A DNA stretch of 64,000 nt from Squalus acanthias (Eukaryota). Shown here one piece after another: positions 49,479-62,570 of the stretch. Location: the NCBI GenBank assembly GCA_030390025.1, contig JASTWF010000332.1, forward strand, positions 248,001 to 312,000, in the 5' to 3' direction. The first letter of the stretch is position 1. Each line of letters opens with the position of its first letter. Under the pieces are notes generated by a model. It worked only from the letters and a program-made list of their open reading frames with translations. It was not told the origin of the DNA and ran no database searches. Made by a program: the position numbers and the translations under genes.

Positions 49479-49939
49479 TCTTTCAGATTTTACTGTACTT
49501 CCAAAGGAAAGGGGAGAGGGGGGAAACAAATCAGAACAGAACGCCATCCAAAATATAGCATTCGGGCTTGGGTTTAGTGACCGTCACTGGACCAATAGAA
49601 TGGCTGCGCACATCTAACCAGCCATCAATAGGATCTAATGTGTAGTACCAAATTCAGAAGATGTTGACGGTGGCATTTGCTGTTTAAACCAGAATTTAAT
49701 CCTTGTGTTGGCAGGCTGTGTTTTTTTAATCCCCTGTACTGTAAAGCATGCGGGAAACAGAGTGATGAGATTTTACACTTGCGCAACTTGTTAAACTAGG
49801 ATTTCTGAGGAGCGTTCGCATGCATACATGCCTGCGTGTGCATAGCACTGATCCAAGTAGCTGCAGCAACCAAGGGTGCCCAGCATGTGCAGTCTGTTTA
49901 ACCTGGCAGTCACAACTGAAGAGCACTGGAGACTCAACA

Positions 49940-50386
49940 CAAGAAAAAGACTTGCATTTATAGTGTTTTTCACGACCTCAGGATGTCCCAAAGCACTATA
50001 CGGCCAAATAAGTACTTTCTGAAGTGAAGTCACTGTTGTAACATAGGAAACGCAGCAGCCAATTTGTGCACGGCAAAGTCCCACAAACAGCAATGAGATA
50101 ATGACCAGATAATCTGTTTTAGTGATATTGGTTGAAGGATAAATATTAGCCAGGACACCGGGGTGAACTCCCCTACTCTTCTTCAAAATAGTGCCATGGG
50201 ATTTTTACGTCCACCTGAGGGGACAGACAGGGCCTCGATTTAAGACCTCAGCCGAAAAACAGCACCTCCAACGGTGCAGCTCTCCCTCAGTAGGGCACTG
50301 GGAGTGTCAGCCTAGATTTTGTGAAGTGCGAACCCACAACCTTCTAACTCAGACGAGAGTGCTCCCAACTGAGCCACAGCGGACAC
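49940..50386 (-). mobile_element. DeuSINE, near full length
   Basis: Aligns to 3487-3958. Confidence 0.88.
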
Positions 50387-51354
50387 CTACAAGGCAACAA
50401 AGCTCACACCAGTAATCAGGTGCAATGGTAGTGGATGAAATGAGAAGTGAAAAGCAAGGTCCAAAACGTAGTCATCAATTTCAAAGCTGCTGAAACAGCT
50501 TGTGCATCGAAATAAATACAGCCTTATCTGGTCAGAGCAGGTGATGGTAAATAAGCAGGTCACCAGATTTCTTCAAGCAAAAATTTTAAACTCAAAACAG
50601 ACAATATGTGCCAATTTTGGAAGGAGTCAACCGTGCACCAATTCTGTGAGCTAAGATCAACAAGTCTTCATGAAATTCTGGGCCAACGGACCCAGTTTCA
50701 CTCATTTCTGTCCATGAGCATAATATATTCTGGAACTGGCTTATAAAAGGAAGAGTTATTTCTATGAACAACTGTTTACGATTGGAGTCAACTTAGAGTC
50801 AGCAATACATTCCATGGGGTACACATAAAAGTTAATCAGTAACAGAACTTCCAACTCTAAGGCATTTCAAACGGACATTTCTCAATAACTCATTATGTCT
50901 AATTGGTGTCTTTAACCTAATAACCTTGCCTGTGTTCTCCCCCCACCCACAAATCCACTACAGCATGCAAACACCTTCTCACAACGAAGGACCAAGACTT
51001 CTGTGCCTCAACATTGCTCGACTATGGGAGCATCAAAACAAGCCTGATCCTGTTCTCCTCAGACATCTATTTACACATACAGGGTTTCCAATTAGGGGTC
51101 TATTTTCCCTCGTATAGTGGAGGGGTGTTACTGTCCCTCTCATAGCTGGAGAATGCTCAAATATTGACCTTTGGGCTCAGATCTTCATGTTTGGCTTTGT
51201 GATTACTCAAAGTTAGGGCTGTTGAAACTAAGCCCCAAGGAAACCCAAATTAGCACTTCACTGCAGAACTCTGAAACCAAATCAAAAATTGAGGTTAACG
51301 TTTAACCTTTGTCATATCAAAAAAAATCATGCATCAGAAATATACAAATTAAAA

Positions 51355-51690
51355 TAGCACAAAATCTCAGCTGACACTCCAGTGAAGTACCGAGGAAATG
51401 CTACACTGTCGGAGGGGTCATCCTTCAGATGAGTAGTTAAACCGAGGCACTGTCTGCCCCCTCAGATAGACGTAAAAGATCCAATTGCACTATTTCGAAG
51501 AAGCGCACGGGAGTGCTAGCCAACATTTATCCCTCAACCAACATCAGTAAAAAAAAAAATTATCTCGTCATTGTCACATTGCTGTTTGTGGGACCTTGCT
51601 GTGTGTAAATTGGCTGCCACATTTCCTACATTGCAACAGTGACTACACTTCAAAAGTACTTCACTGGCTGTAAAGTCTTTCTTTTTTTTT
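51355..51690 (+). mobile_element. DeuSINE (head missing)
   Basis: GCTGACACTCCAGTG...GACTACACTTCAAAAGTACTTC. Confidence 0.85.
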
Positions 51691-53354
51691 TCTAATGAAG
51701 CAGTTGCAAACAAAACATGTAATATTCAGGAATTTCAGCATTGAATAAGTTGAGCAGGTTTGAAACAGGCTAAGGGAGCCCACAGTTACAGATCCATTTG
51801 CTTTAAATCCTCGCCTTTCTTTGTACCAGAAACACATAATCTGGATTCTGTATCCGTGGTAACAATCACTACGTGAAATGTTTTAAAGCCTGATTAATAT
51901 TATTCAGTGCCAGGTCATGAAACCGCTGTGTTGTAAATCCCTCTGCCGTCTGGGATAAGGCTAGGTCAAAACTCCATACGTGACTTCTGTCAAGGGAGAG
52001 ACACAAAATGATTGCTCGTAGCTAGAGCTGTGAATGTTCAAGAAGCCTGGAGTAAAAAGCAAAAGAGTAACTGGTACAGGGAGGGAAAAAAAAAAAATCA
52101 AAAAAATGAGTTGCTTATTCAAATGAGTTGTGGTTGAGCATGATTCTTGCTGAAGTGTAACTAATACGGTTCAGAAAATTGTGTATGCTTAGAACTGAGA
52201 GAAAGGGCATTTCACTCATTATTACAATTAATGAATCGTTATATGTATTACACAACAAAAAAAAATACATCAGACTTGAAACTCACCGGAAAAGGAAGAG
52301 GGTCCTGAAAAATGACAGCACAACTGCTGGGATAGGAGAGCATCCTATTTCCCTGCGAGGTGCTTTGGAATTTTTACAGCTGCAATCACTTATCCCCGTG
52401 CAATTTTCTTCCAGTTGTGCAGTGCTTTGCCACACTATTATTATTTATACTCAATTTAATTTGCTCGAGTTCACTCGAGCTTGGCAGATACAATCATGTA
52501 GCTGCAGAGGAATACATGTAGGGCGAAGCATATCAAACTATTTTAAAAGGAAGGAACTACTCTCGCTGCTAACGGCATCTTTTCAAATGTTGCCAGTGGC
52601 TGTACTAATTTGCCATTTTTCAAAAAAGATCTGTATGCTAACAAAACTCCTTCAGAGCTAATCCTGTAGTATTTGAAATAATGATTAGCAGATAAGATAT
52701 GCCATTAACCTTTTTCGATGCCTCAGGCATATTGTACCTGTATTAGCAGCACCTATTATAAATCTGAAGTCTGTAAGTTAAACCTTAAGGGGCGATCAGT
52801 CCCATCAATATCTGACTCCTCTTCACCTCAGCCTACTTCAAGCAATAGGACTATTTGAACTTTTAATGGCACAGTAATGAGCACTGCTAATAGCATTCAA
52901 TGTGCAACAACCACACAGAAGGGGCATGATAATGGTCTCAAAAACATCTCCAAGTATCAGCGCATGTGCACAGGGTTTTAGTATTGATCTGACAAAGATT
53001 GAAGAGGAGATCCCCAGTGCCACATGTTAAGATAGTACTTCTTACAGCACTGTTTCCATACGGTCATAGTGTGCAAAGCCGAGGAGGGCAGGATGGTATC
53101 AGCAGGCTGTCACGGAGCGGAGCACCAGACACTGCTGGTAACAGAGCACAGGTTTGAGGAGTGTTGTTCTGTGGGACTCTTTATATCTCGAGAGAGTTAT
53201 TGCTGCCAACTTCATAATTAAACGGATAGTGTGACTGACAAAAAACAGGGCAGCATTACCAGGATCAAGTGCCTGGGGATGTCAGTAGAAAAAGGAGTGC
53301 AGTGATTCATGATGTGGTGTCACAGTTTCCCAATCATCTCTACTGGTAAGAAGA

Positions 53355-54000
53355 ATGAACCATTGTATAGCGCCTTGCACGTCCTCAGTGCTTCACAGCC
53401 AACAGATTACTTTTGAAATGTGATCACTGTTCTTTTTGTAGGCAAACAATTTGCCCAGAGTAAGGTCCCACAAACAGCGTTGAGATGAATGACCAGTTAG
53501 TTGATCCGTGGTGTTGATTGTGGGATGAATGTTAGCTAGGTTCCCTTATCTTTGTTTTTAGCTTCCTACAAACTGTCTTTATTTAACAGTTAATGGAGCG
53601 CTTGAAACTAATGGCTATTCTAGCTGTAAGGAAATACTAATTTAAACACCAAGCTAGTTCATTTGCCTCATAAGCTAATGTTAAGCTAACCTGAATTTCC
53701 CATCACCTCTCTGCCTTTTCCTTCTCCATGCTCCAACATGCCCCATGTTCCAACAAAGACACCAGGAGAAATCCTCTGCTCTTCCTTGGAAAAAGTTGCA
53801 CAGGATGTTTTACACCCACCCAAATAGGCAGACAGGACCTTAGCTTAACGTTACATCGAAAAGATGGCACCTCAGACAGTGCAGCAATCCATTAATACTG
53901 CAGTGAAAGGTCAGCCTAGAATATGTGACCAAGTTCTGGAATGGGGCTTGAACCCACAACTCGGAGGTGAGAGTGCTGCCACTGAGCCAAGCCTGACACT
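53355..54000 (-). mobile_element. DeuSINE split by an insert of about 200 bp (about 53545-53755)
   Basis: Tail half 53355-53540 and head half 53757-54000 are collinear with other copies. Confidence 0.7.
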
Positions 54001-56171
54001 TAAGTACTTATTTTGCTTTTAAGATTTTAGTTATTCTTACTTGCTGGGAAGGACTCAAATATACTTGCAACAACCTTCACTTGATGAAAGGCGAATACTT
54101 TGAGTTTGAACTTTGGATCGAGAGTTGAGCTCATTGAAGAAACCTACAGTTCAGCTTAGAATGTGGCTTCCCAGCATCCACCCCTGCACCCGAAACCAAA
54201 CTTTGAACCTTCCTCTCTATTTCATTCAGTTTTTTTTAATTGCTCCTAATTACTAGTCAGTAAATAATTAACATAAATAGATTACTAATAAACATTATCA
54301 TAGCCTGATCATTCAATGCATTTGCCAAGTAGACATCTGGACATGAAGTGGTGACTAAATTTTATGTCACTTAAGAGTCTCAAATAAAATTATTCGAACC
54401 AAGAGTCGCAGGGCTGCCCAACATTCTGCTGGCTCACTACAGCAGGCTAATTGAGTCATCCAGGCAAGCCATTGATGAGATATCTAGGAAGGAGTGGTTA
54501 TCCAAAGCATAGCAAAAACTGGTTACACATTCAACTCGTCACTGCTCGAACCACGCCTCAACTTGCTAAAGTAGGCATGAAGCAGCACAGACAGTCGTCC
54601 AAGAGAAGGCTGGAGCCCAAACCATCCCACTAGGGCTAAAAATGATGGGGAAGAGCACGAAGTAGGAACTTTTTTTTTTTTTAAAAAGGGCACTGGCAGG
54701 TACATGGCCGTAAGCATCTGCTACAACCTCAGCTACCCAGCATCTGCCTACTGCTCTTCCTTCTCTAAATAACAGAGGAGGTATTCCCATTGAATATCTA
54801 TGGTCCAAATTTTAAGATAATTCTTGGCTGAAACACATCAAAGTAAGGAGTGCCCCTCAAAAGGATTAATTAATTAAAATAACTGCAGAAATCCTCCTGT
54901 GTTGCAGCCTACAGAAAAAGTAATCCTACTTGGGTTTGCTGGCCTTTAAATTCTGAGTGCATGCAAGACAGAACTTAGCAACCCTATATTCCCATTGGAG
55001 AGAGGTGTGCTTAATTAGGAGTGCTTTCCTGGTGTCAAAACCAGGAGATTGCTTGGATCTTTATTAAAAAGCTCAGTTGCACTATTAACATATTGCAATG
55101 AAGCTCCCAACCAGTTTCTGCAGGAGTTTCCTGTAACCCTGCCCTACTTGACCAAGAATGCACGTGACATGCACTATGAGTGGAGAGCTGCCGAACACAA
55201 TTTACATCCCCGCTCCCAGTTCTCACTACCCAAAACAAAAAAAAAAATACATTTCAGTGAAACATAAAATATTTGGTATAACAACAGAAAACGCTGTTGT
55301 TATTTCGGATTTCCAGCATCCGCAGTATTTTGCTATCATAAAATATTTGGTCCCCATTTTATCCCGCTCCTTTTTTTTGGCTCGCAACTTGGAAAAACAG
55401 TTGCTTTAAACTGACTTCAAAAAATAACTGAACTCAAACCAAAATAAACCAAAGAGAAATCTTATTCTTGTTAAGTATCTGGCTGACTAACCAATTATAA
55501 AAATTTGTTGTAAAGTTGTGAAAGCAGATGTCAGATTGCACACTATGCTGCACACTCCATCTCCGTGCTCGACAATTATTTTGAATTTAAAAAAAGGTCC
55601 TCAATTTGCCCAAAGGAGTTGATCAAAGATGGAAATGTCCAACATTGCACAGTAAATGATGGTGAGTCACTATGACCAGTCACCAGCGTGTTGGAACGAC
55701 ACAGGTAATCTAGAAATGGGCCCTATGACACTGAAGAACAGGCAGGATTAAAGGCTCCTGTGAAGTTGGCCAACTTTTATCTGCTTTTAAACTTGGAGCT
55801 GTAAGGTTCATTGTGGAAAGACCTGATTAAAGGAACACCTCCATTAGTAATTCGTATGTAAAGAACAGTGCTGGAATGGGAGTGTGATTACGTGTTAAAG
55901 TCAAACTGACCTTTTAGCTGCCATAATACATTAATGGAATGCTTCAAATTGTCAGCTCCTGATTGGCTATTCATTAATACAATTTAAAAAAAATCCTTTC
56001 TACTCAGCAATCAACCATTATTTGAATCATACAGATACAGTAATTGTCTATTAATCACTTTCTGTGCCATTACTCCAGGACTTGCTTTTATAATTAGCAT
56101 CCTTGTCAACATTGGGTCCTTTATTTTCCCTAAAAAAAGCTGCAATCTGCTTTTAAAAACATCCATAAAGA

Positions 56172-56617
56172 TGTCAGCTATGGCTCAGTGGTAGCACTCT
56201 CGCCTCGGAGTCAGAAGATTGTAAGTTAAAGTCCCACTCGAAACTTCACAGAATCTAGGCTGACACTCCAGTGCAGTACTGAGGGAGTGCTGCGCTGTCG
56301 GAGGTGCCGTCTTCCAGATGAAACATTAAACCGAGGCTCCGTCTGCCCTCTCAGGTGGACCTAAGCGGTCCCATGGCACTATTCGAAGAAGAGCAGTGGA
56401 GTCCTGGGAAGCATTTATCGCTCAATCAACATCATTAAAACAGATGATCTGGTCTTTATCTCATTGTTGTTTGTGGGACCTTGATGTGCAAATTGGCTGC
56501 TGCGTTTCCTACATTACAACAGCGACTACACTTCGAAAAGTACTTCATTGGTAGTAAAGTGTTTTTGGATGTCCCAAGGTCATGTAAAGCACAGTATAAA
56601 TGCAAGCTCTTCTTTTC
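56172..56617 (+). mobile_element. DeuSINE, full length
   Basis: Head TGGCTCAGTGGTAGCACTCTCGCC, Deu-type core, tail TATAAATGCAAGCTCTTCTTT. Confidence 0.88.
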
Positions 56618-57697
56618 GTCTTCAGATCAAAGAAAAGAAAATCAGATCAAAATGCATTGTGATGTTGAACTATTGAGTGTTTTGAATTATTTATTCAGAT
56701 TAAACAAAAACTGTTGATGGATATGGATTGCTTTGCTGTGTCCATTCCAAAAAGGGTTTGCTGGAGATTCACTTCACACTGAAACAAACCTCAAGTTTCT
56801 TCAAGGGATCTAGTGCAACAAACAGAAGCACTACAAAAGGACTAAAAGTGACAGCTATTTAGGCACAAATTACAGGCCCAGACAAGACTGGAAACTTTCC
56901 TCACGGATATGGTCGTCTGATCATGGTCCTAAGTGCTGACACCTTTTGCTGGGCTGGTCGATATAAAAAGGGCACAAAGCGATCAGCTGTGGTCTGCGAT
57001 TTGACATTGCTTTGAAACCTGACCACCATAACTAATTTCGAACTTGTTAGTTATGTTGTCACGATCACCCAATGAAAAATTATTATATTCCATAGCTGAC
57101 AGCCATGTAACTTCAATTTGCGTCAATACTGCCAGACTCCGAGGGATTAAGGAATGTACTTTACAAATGGAGGGCACGTGCTGAACGATGGACCAGCACC
57201 TTGACCAGCATTACCATGCTGCTCGATTCAACGTTTTAAACCTTGATTGTGAGAAAAGAGTGACTACTGAGCCACAACACCTGAATTTAGTTTTATTCTA
57301 ATCAGAAACAGGAAATTAAAGATAGGAAAATTATTGAATTCAGAATGGCTGCATCTTCTTAGTTTAATAAAACACGAGGCCTCAACAGTCTCGCCACTAT
57401 TTTTGGTAAATCTTCTGACTGAATTATAGGAATACTTAGAATGAAATGGCAGATCCCTTGTGATCTAAACTATGGGTATATTATAAACGTATTTCAGTAC
57501 ACTTAGAAGGCAAACAGCTAATCAACTCCTAGAGCCCAGAAAAGTAAAGAAGAAGTATAATACATGATACAGCTCAGAGAGGATGCACTCCGGCATCATC
57601 AAAAGGTTGGCTAGACAATATGAGGAGGTCTGGTTTTGGACAGTGCTCAAGGATGCTAACCCAGTATGAAACCTCAAGGGTCAGAATGGACTTCTTG

Positions 57698-57888
57698 ATG
57701 GCCATTAATGTAGAGTGGGATACAAGTCCATGGCCATTAATGTAGAGTGGGTTACAAGTCCATGGCCATTAATGTAGAGTGGGATACAAGTCCATGGCCA
57801 TTAATGTAGAGTGGGATAGAAGTCCATGGCCATTAATGTAGAGTGGGATACAAGTCCATGGCCATTAATGTAGAGTGGGTTACAAGTC
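57698..57888 (+). repeat. Minisatellite, 32-bp unit x6
   Basis: ATGGCCATTAATGTAGAGTGGGATACAAGTCC starting at 57698, 57730, 57762, 57794, 57826 and 57858, with no spacers. Confidence 0.95.
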
Positions 57889-58027
57889 TATTTTACTCAA
57901 GTATTGAGCAGGTTCTTGCCAAGACCATCAGCCCTCAGATAATGAGAACATTTTACTTGGGCCTACCTTCTATCTGGGCTTTACAGAGCAACACCCAACC
58001 TATAAATCACCTTGGCTTGCCAGAAAA

Positions 58028-60826
58028 GATAGGGAAGGAAAGAAGGGAGGTGGGGTGGCAGTGCTGATTAAGGAAGACATGGTAGTGTTGGAAAGGGAGG
58101 ATGTTCTTGAGGGGACTAGCTCCGAAAGCTCGTAATTCCAAATAAAACTGTTGGACTATAACCTGGTGTTGTGCGACTTCTCATTTTTGTCCACCCCAGT
58201 CCAACACCGGCATCTCCGCATCAGAATCCATTTGGTTAGAGTTGAGGAGAAAAAAGGGTATGATCACACTATTGGGGGTATTCTACAGGCCTCCAAATAG
58301 TGAGAGGGAGGCAGAGGAGCAAATCTGCAGGGAAATTGCAGAGATATGCAAGAGCTATAGAGTGGTGATATTGGGGGACTTTAATTACCCAAATTGGGAT
58401 AATGCTAGGGTAAAGGGAACGGAATTTCTGAAATGTGTTCAGGAGAATTTCCTTGACCAGTATATTCTTGGCCCAACTAGGAAGGAGGCATTGCTGGATC
58501 TGGTGCTGGGGAATGAGGTGGGCCAGGTCAACCAAGTGTCTGTGGGAAAACTCTTGGGTATGAGTGATCATCGTATCATAAGATTTAGAATAGCAATGGA
58601 GAGGAGCAAGGAACAATCTAGAGTGGAATTTCTAAACTGGAATAGGGCTAACTTCAATGGGATGCGAAAGGATCTAGCCAGGGTAAAATGGAACCAAAGA
58701 CTGACAGGAAAAACTGTAATGAACAATGGGTGATCTTTAAAGGAGGAGATGTTCCAAGTACAGGCTAGGTACATTCCAACAAGAGGGAAGGGTAAGGGAA
58801 CCAAAGCAAGGGCTCCTTGGATGACGAGGGAGATAGAGAAGATGATGAAACAAAAAAAGATGGTGTATGATGCAGGTCAGGTGATTTCTTCAAGGGAGAA
58901 CCAGACCAAATAAAATAAGTTCAGAGGGGATGTGAAGATGAAAATAAGATTGGCAAAGAAAGAATGAGTGTAGAATGGCGGTTAACATAAAAGGGAACCC
59001 AAAAATCTTCTACCGGCATGTAAACAGTAAGCGGGTAGTAAGAGGCAGGGTGGGGCCTATTAGAGACAAAGAAGGTGATATATGCTTAGAGGCGCAGGGC
59101 AAGGCTAGAATACTCAATGAGTACTTTGTATTGGTGTTTACTAAGGAGGTGGATGTTGACAAAATATCAGTAGAAGTGGAAAAGGTAGAAGCAATGGAAG
59201 GGGTGAAAATTGATAGACAGGATGTACTAGATAGGCTGGGTATGCTTAGAGTGGACAAGTCGCCTGGTCCAGATGGCTTGCATCCCAAGTTGCTAAGGGA
59301 ATTGGGGGAGGAGGTAGTAGTGGAAGGGCTTGCCATAATTTTCCAATCTTCCCTAGATGCGGGGGAGGTGCCTGAGAATTAGAAAGTGGCAAATGTGACA
59401 CCATTGTTCAAGAAAGGATGCAAGGACAATGCTAGTAACTACAGGCCGGTCAGTTTAACATTAGTGGTGGGTAAAGTTTTAGAAACAATAATCAAGGAAA
59501 AAATTAATGGGCACTTGGAGAGGTTTAAGCTAATTAAGGAGAGCCAACACAGACTTGTAAAAGGCAGATCATGTTTGACTAATCTAATTGAATTTTTGGA
59601 TGAAGTAACAGGGAGGATTGATGAAGGGAATGCAATGGATGTTGTCTCCATGGATTTTCAGAAGGCGTTTGACAAAGTACCACATAGAAGGCTGGTTAAC
59701 AAAATTGAGGCTCATGGAATAGGTGTGTCAGTGGCAGCTTGGATAAGGAATTGGCTTAAGGACAGAAAACAGCAAGTTGTGGTAAATGGCTTTTTTTCCA
59801 GACTGGAGGATGGCAGACAGGGGTGTTCCCAAGGGTCAGTGCTTTTTTTGATATAAAAAATGATCTGGATATTGGAATACAGAGTAGAATTTCTAAATTT
59901 GCCGATGACACCAAACTTGGCGGTATGGCAAACAGTGAGGATGATACCAATCGACTGCAATAGGACATAGAAAGGCTAGCAGAATGGGCAGACAAGTGGC
60001 AGATGGAATTTAATAGAGAAGTGTTAGGTGATGCATTTTGGCAGAAGGAACAGGGAGAGGCAATATACACTTAATGGCACAGCTTTAAAGAGTGTGCAGG
60101 GACAGAGGGACCTGGGAGTTAATGTGCATAGGTCCCTGAAGGTGGCGGGATATATTGAGAGAGTGGTTAGCAAAGCATATGGGATCTTGGGCTTCATAAA
60201 TAGAGGTATTGAGTACAAAAGTAGAGAAGTTATGCTGAACCTTTATAAAGCGCTGGTTAGGCCACAACTGGAGTATTGCATCCAGTTCTGGTCACCACAC
60301 TTTAGGAAGGATGTGAAGGCGCTTGAGAGGGTGCAGAGGAGATTTACCAGAATGGTTCCGGGGATGGGGAATCTTAGCTACAAGGACAGGTTGGAGAAGC
60401 TGGATTTGTTTTCATTAGAGCAAAGGAGGTTGAGGGGTGATTTGATAGAGGTGTACAAGATTATGACGGGTTTGGATAGACTAGACGGGGAAAGGCTGTT
60501 CCCACTAGTTGATGGTACAAGGACTAGGGGACACAGATTTAAAGGTTTTGGGCAAGAGATACGGGGTGGTGGGGGGGGGGTGTGAGGAAAATCTTTCTTA
60601 CGCAGCGAGTGGTGAGGACCTAGAAGTCGCTGCCGACGGAAGTGGTGGAAGCAGAAACACTCAATGTTTTCAAGGCAAGACTGGATAGGCACTTGAGGGA
60701 AATAAACTTGCAGGGCTACGCGGATTGAGCGGGGAAATGGGACTGACTGGATCGCTCTACAGAGAGCAGGCATGGACTCGATGGGCCGAATGGCCTCCTT
60801 CTGTGCCGTATGACTATGACTCTAGG
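58028..60826 (+). mobile_element. CR1 LINE, about 2.8 kb: endonuclease C-half, RT and 3' UTR; inactivated by stops and frameshifts
   Basis: APE motifs GVFYRPP, ILGDFNYP, LLDLVL, SDHRII; RT motifs NYRPVSLT, DFQKAFDKVPH, KFADDTKL; tail GATGGGCCGAATGGCCTCCTTCTGTG. Confidence 0.97.
58119..58222 (+). mobile_element. Second Penelope-like terminal-repeat fragment nested in the CR1 endonuclease region
   Basis: GCTCCGAAAGCTCG...AATAAAACTGTTGGACTATAACCTGGTGTTGTG...CCCAGTCCAACACCGGCATCTCC interrupts CR1 coding sequence between EDVLEG and ESIWLEL. Confidence 0.6.
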
Positions 60827-61815
60827 ACTGGGTGGTGATTCCAAGTGAAACATCCACTTTAAGGTTCAAATGACCAAGGAAGTCATAATTAGCACAAAAT
60901 AGTCAGAAGTCAAAAGAACAGAAATCACCTCGTCTACACTAGAACACATTTATGTGCCAACATCTTAGCATCACAAAGTTCTGAACCTGAATCTACACTA
61001 TAAATTCATAGTCATGAAAACCCAACCTATCAACATTGTTTTATTACTGTATCCAAATTTCATATTACATTCCAAAGGAATGTAGTCAGTGCAGAGATCC
61101 TATGTACTGTACACTTATCAAAGCCAATCATTAGACTCATTGTGTCAGTTCAAACAGGTTTCAAACATGCTGTTCACCACCTCCTTTGAAAAAAATGAAC
61201 ATATTGACAGTTTTTTGTTTTGTTATTGCTGCTTGTTCATACATAATATAATGATCGTAGCTTGCACATTATACATCCAACAGAGACCCATCATGTAAGC
61301 ATTAACAAATCTTCATTCACACAACCATCAGTCAACCTGAAAATGTATCGGTTAGATTTGAAGTTTGTTAGGCGATCTACTAAATCCTGAAAGGTTTAAC
61401 TCCGACCCTACCCCAGAAAAAACATATTTAAAAACTTAGACTGTAATAAAGGAACGACGCCAGAAGATGAGCTGCTTAGGGGTAAAACTGAATACAGCTG
61501 GAACAAGTCAGTTACTTCTCGGACTCAGCCAGCTGGAGAGGAAAGCAAGCTGTCAGTTTGCAATTGATACAAGATTACATCAATCTCCATTCCTTTGCTT
61601 CCCCTTCCGTGCCTTCTTGCTGCATCTGACAACCTGAAAAGCAGCAACACTGATTCATTCCTCCTCCATACCAAAAAAAGTGTATTCTATTCCCTTTTTC
61701 CTTGATTCAAATAAGTTCCAATTAAGAAAAATTAGTTTAGGAAAACACAATATCAATGGCAAACATGCCAACACATGTAAACAATGCACACATCAGACTC
61801 CAATGCTTAGAATAT

Positions 61816-62570
61816 ATCATAGAAATATAGAATGATTTAGCACAGAAGGAGGCCATTCAGCCCATCCTGCCTGTGCTGGCTCTTTGGTAGAGCTCTCCAA
61901 TGAAGCCCACTCTCCTGCTCTTTCCCCATTGCCCTGTAATTTCCCCTCCCCCTTCAAGTATTTATCCAATTCTCTTTTGAAAGTTACTATTGAATCTGCT
62001 TCTAGCAGTCTTTCAGGCAGTGCATTCCAGGTCACAACAACTCCGTGTTAGAAAAATGTTTCCTCATGGCGCCTCTGGTTCTTTTGCCAATTACCTGAAA
62101 TCTGTGTCCTCTGATTACTGACCCTTCTGCCACTGGAAACAATTTCTCCTTATTTACTCCATCAAAACCCTTCATGATTTTGAACACCTCAGTCAAATCT
62201 CCTCTCCTCCTTCTCTGCTCCAAGGAGAACAACCCCAGGTTCTTGAGTCTCCCTACATAACTGAAGTTCCTCATCCCTGGTACCATTCTCGTAGATTTCT
62301 TCTGCACCCTCTCCAAGACCTTGACATCCTTCCTAAAGTGTGGTGCCCAGAATTGAACACAATACTCCAGCTGAGGCCTAACCAGTGTTTTATAAAGGGT
62401 TAGCATACTTTCCTTGCTTTTGTACTCTATTCCTCCATTAATAAAGCCAAGGATCCCATATCCTTTTTTAACAACAGCCTTCTCAACTTGTCCTGCTACC
62501 TTCAAAGATGTTGTGTACATACGGCCCCCCCCCCACAGGTGTCTCTGTCCCTTTTAAAACTGTACCAATT
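61816..62570 (-). mobile_element. CR1 LINE 3' fragment
   Basis: 162-aa ORF LVRPQLEYCVQFWAPHF...GDLTEVFKIMKG; closely similar to 15133-15870. Confidence 0.95.

Noticed and set aside
52179..52661. 160-aa ORF in unique DNA
   Set aside because: It starts at TTG, has AT-rich non-coding-like composition, and shows no recognisable motif or splice structure.
57698..57888. CRISPR-like array of 32-bp repeats
   Set aside because: The units are contiguous with no unique spacers, there are no cas genes, and the context is vertebrate.
58028..60826. Active autonomous LINE
   Set aside because: It is 5'-truncated, lacks ORF1, has multiple stops and frameshifts, and carries a nested insertion.
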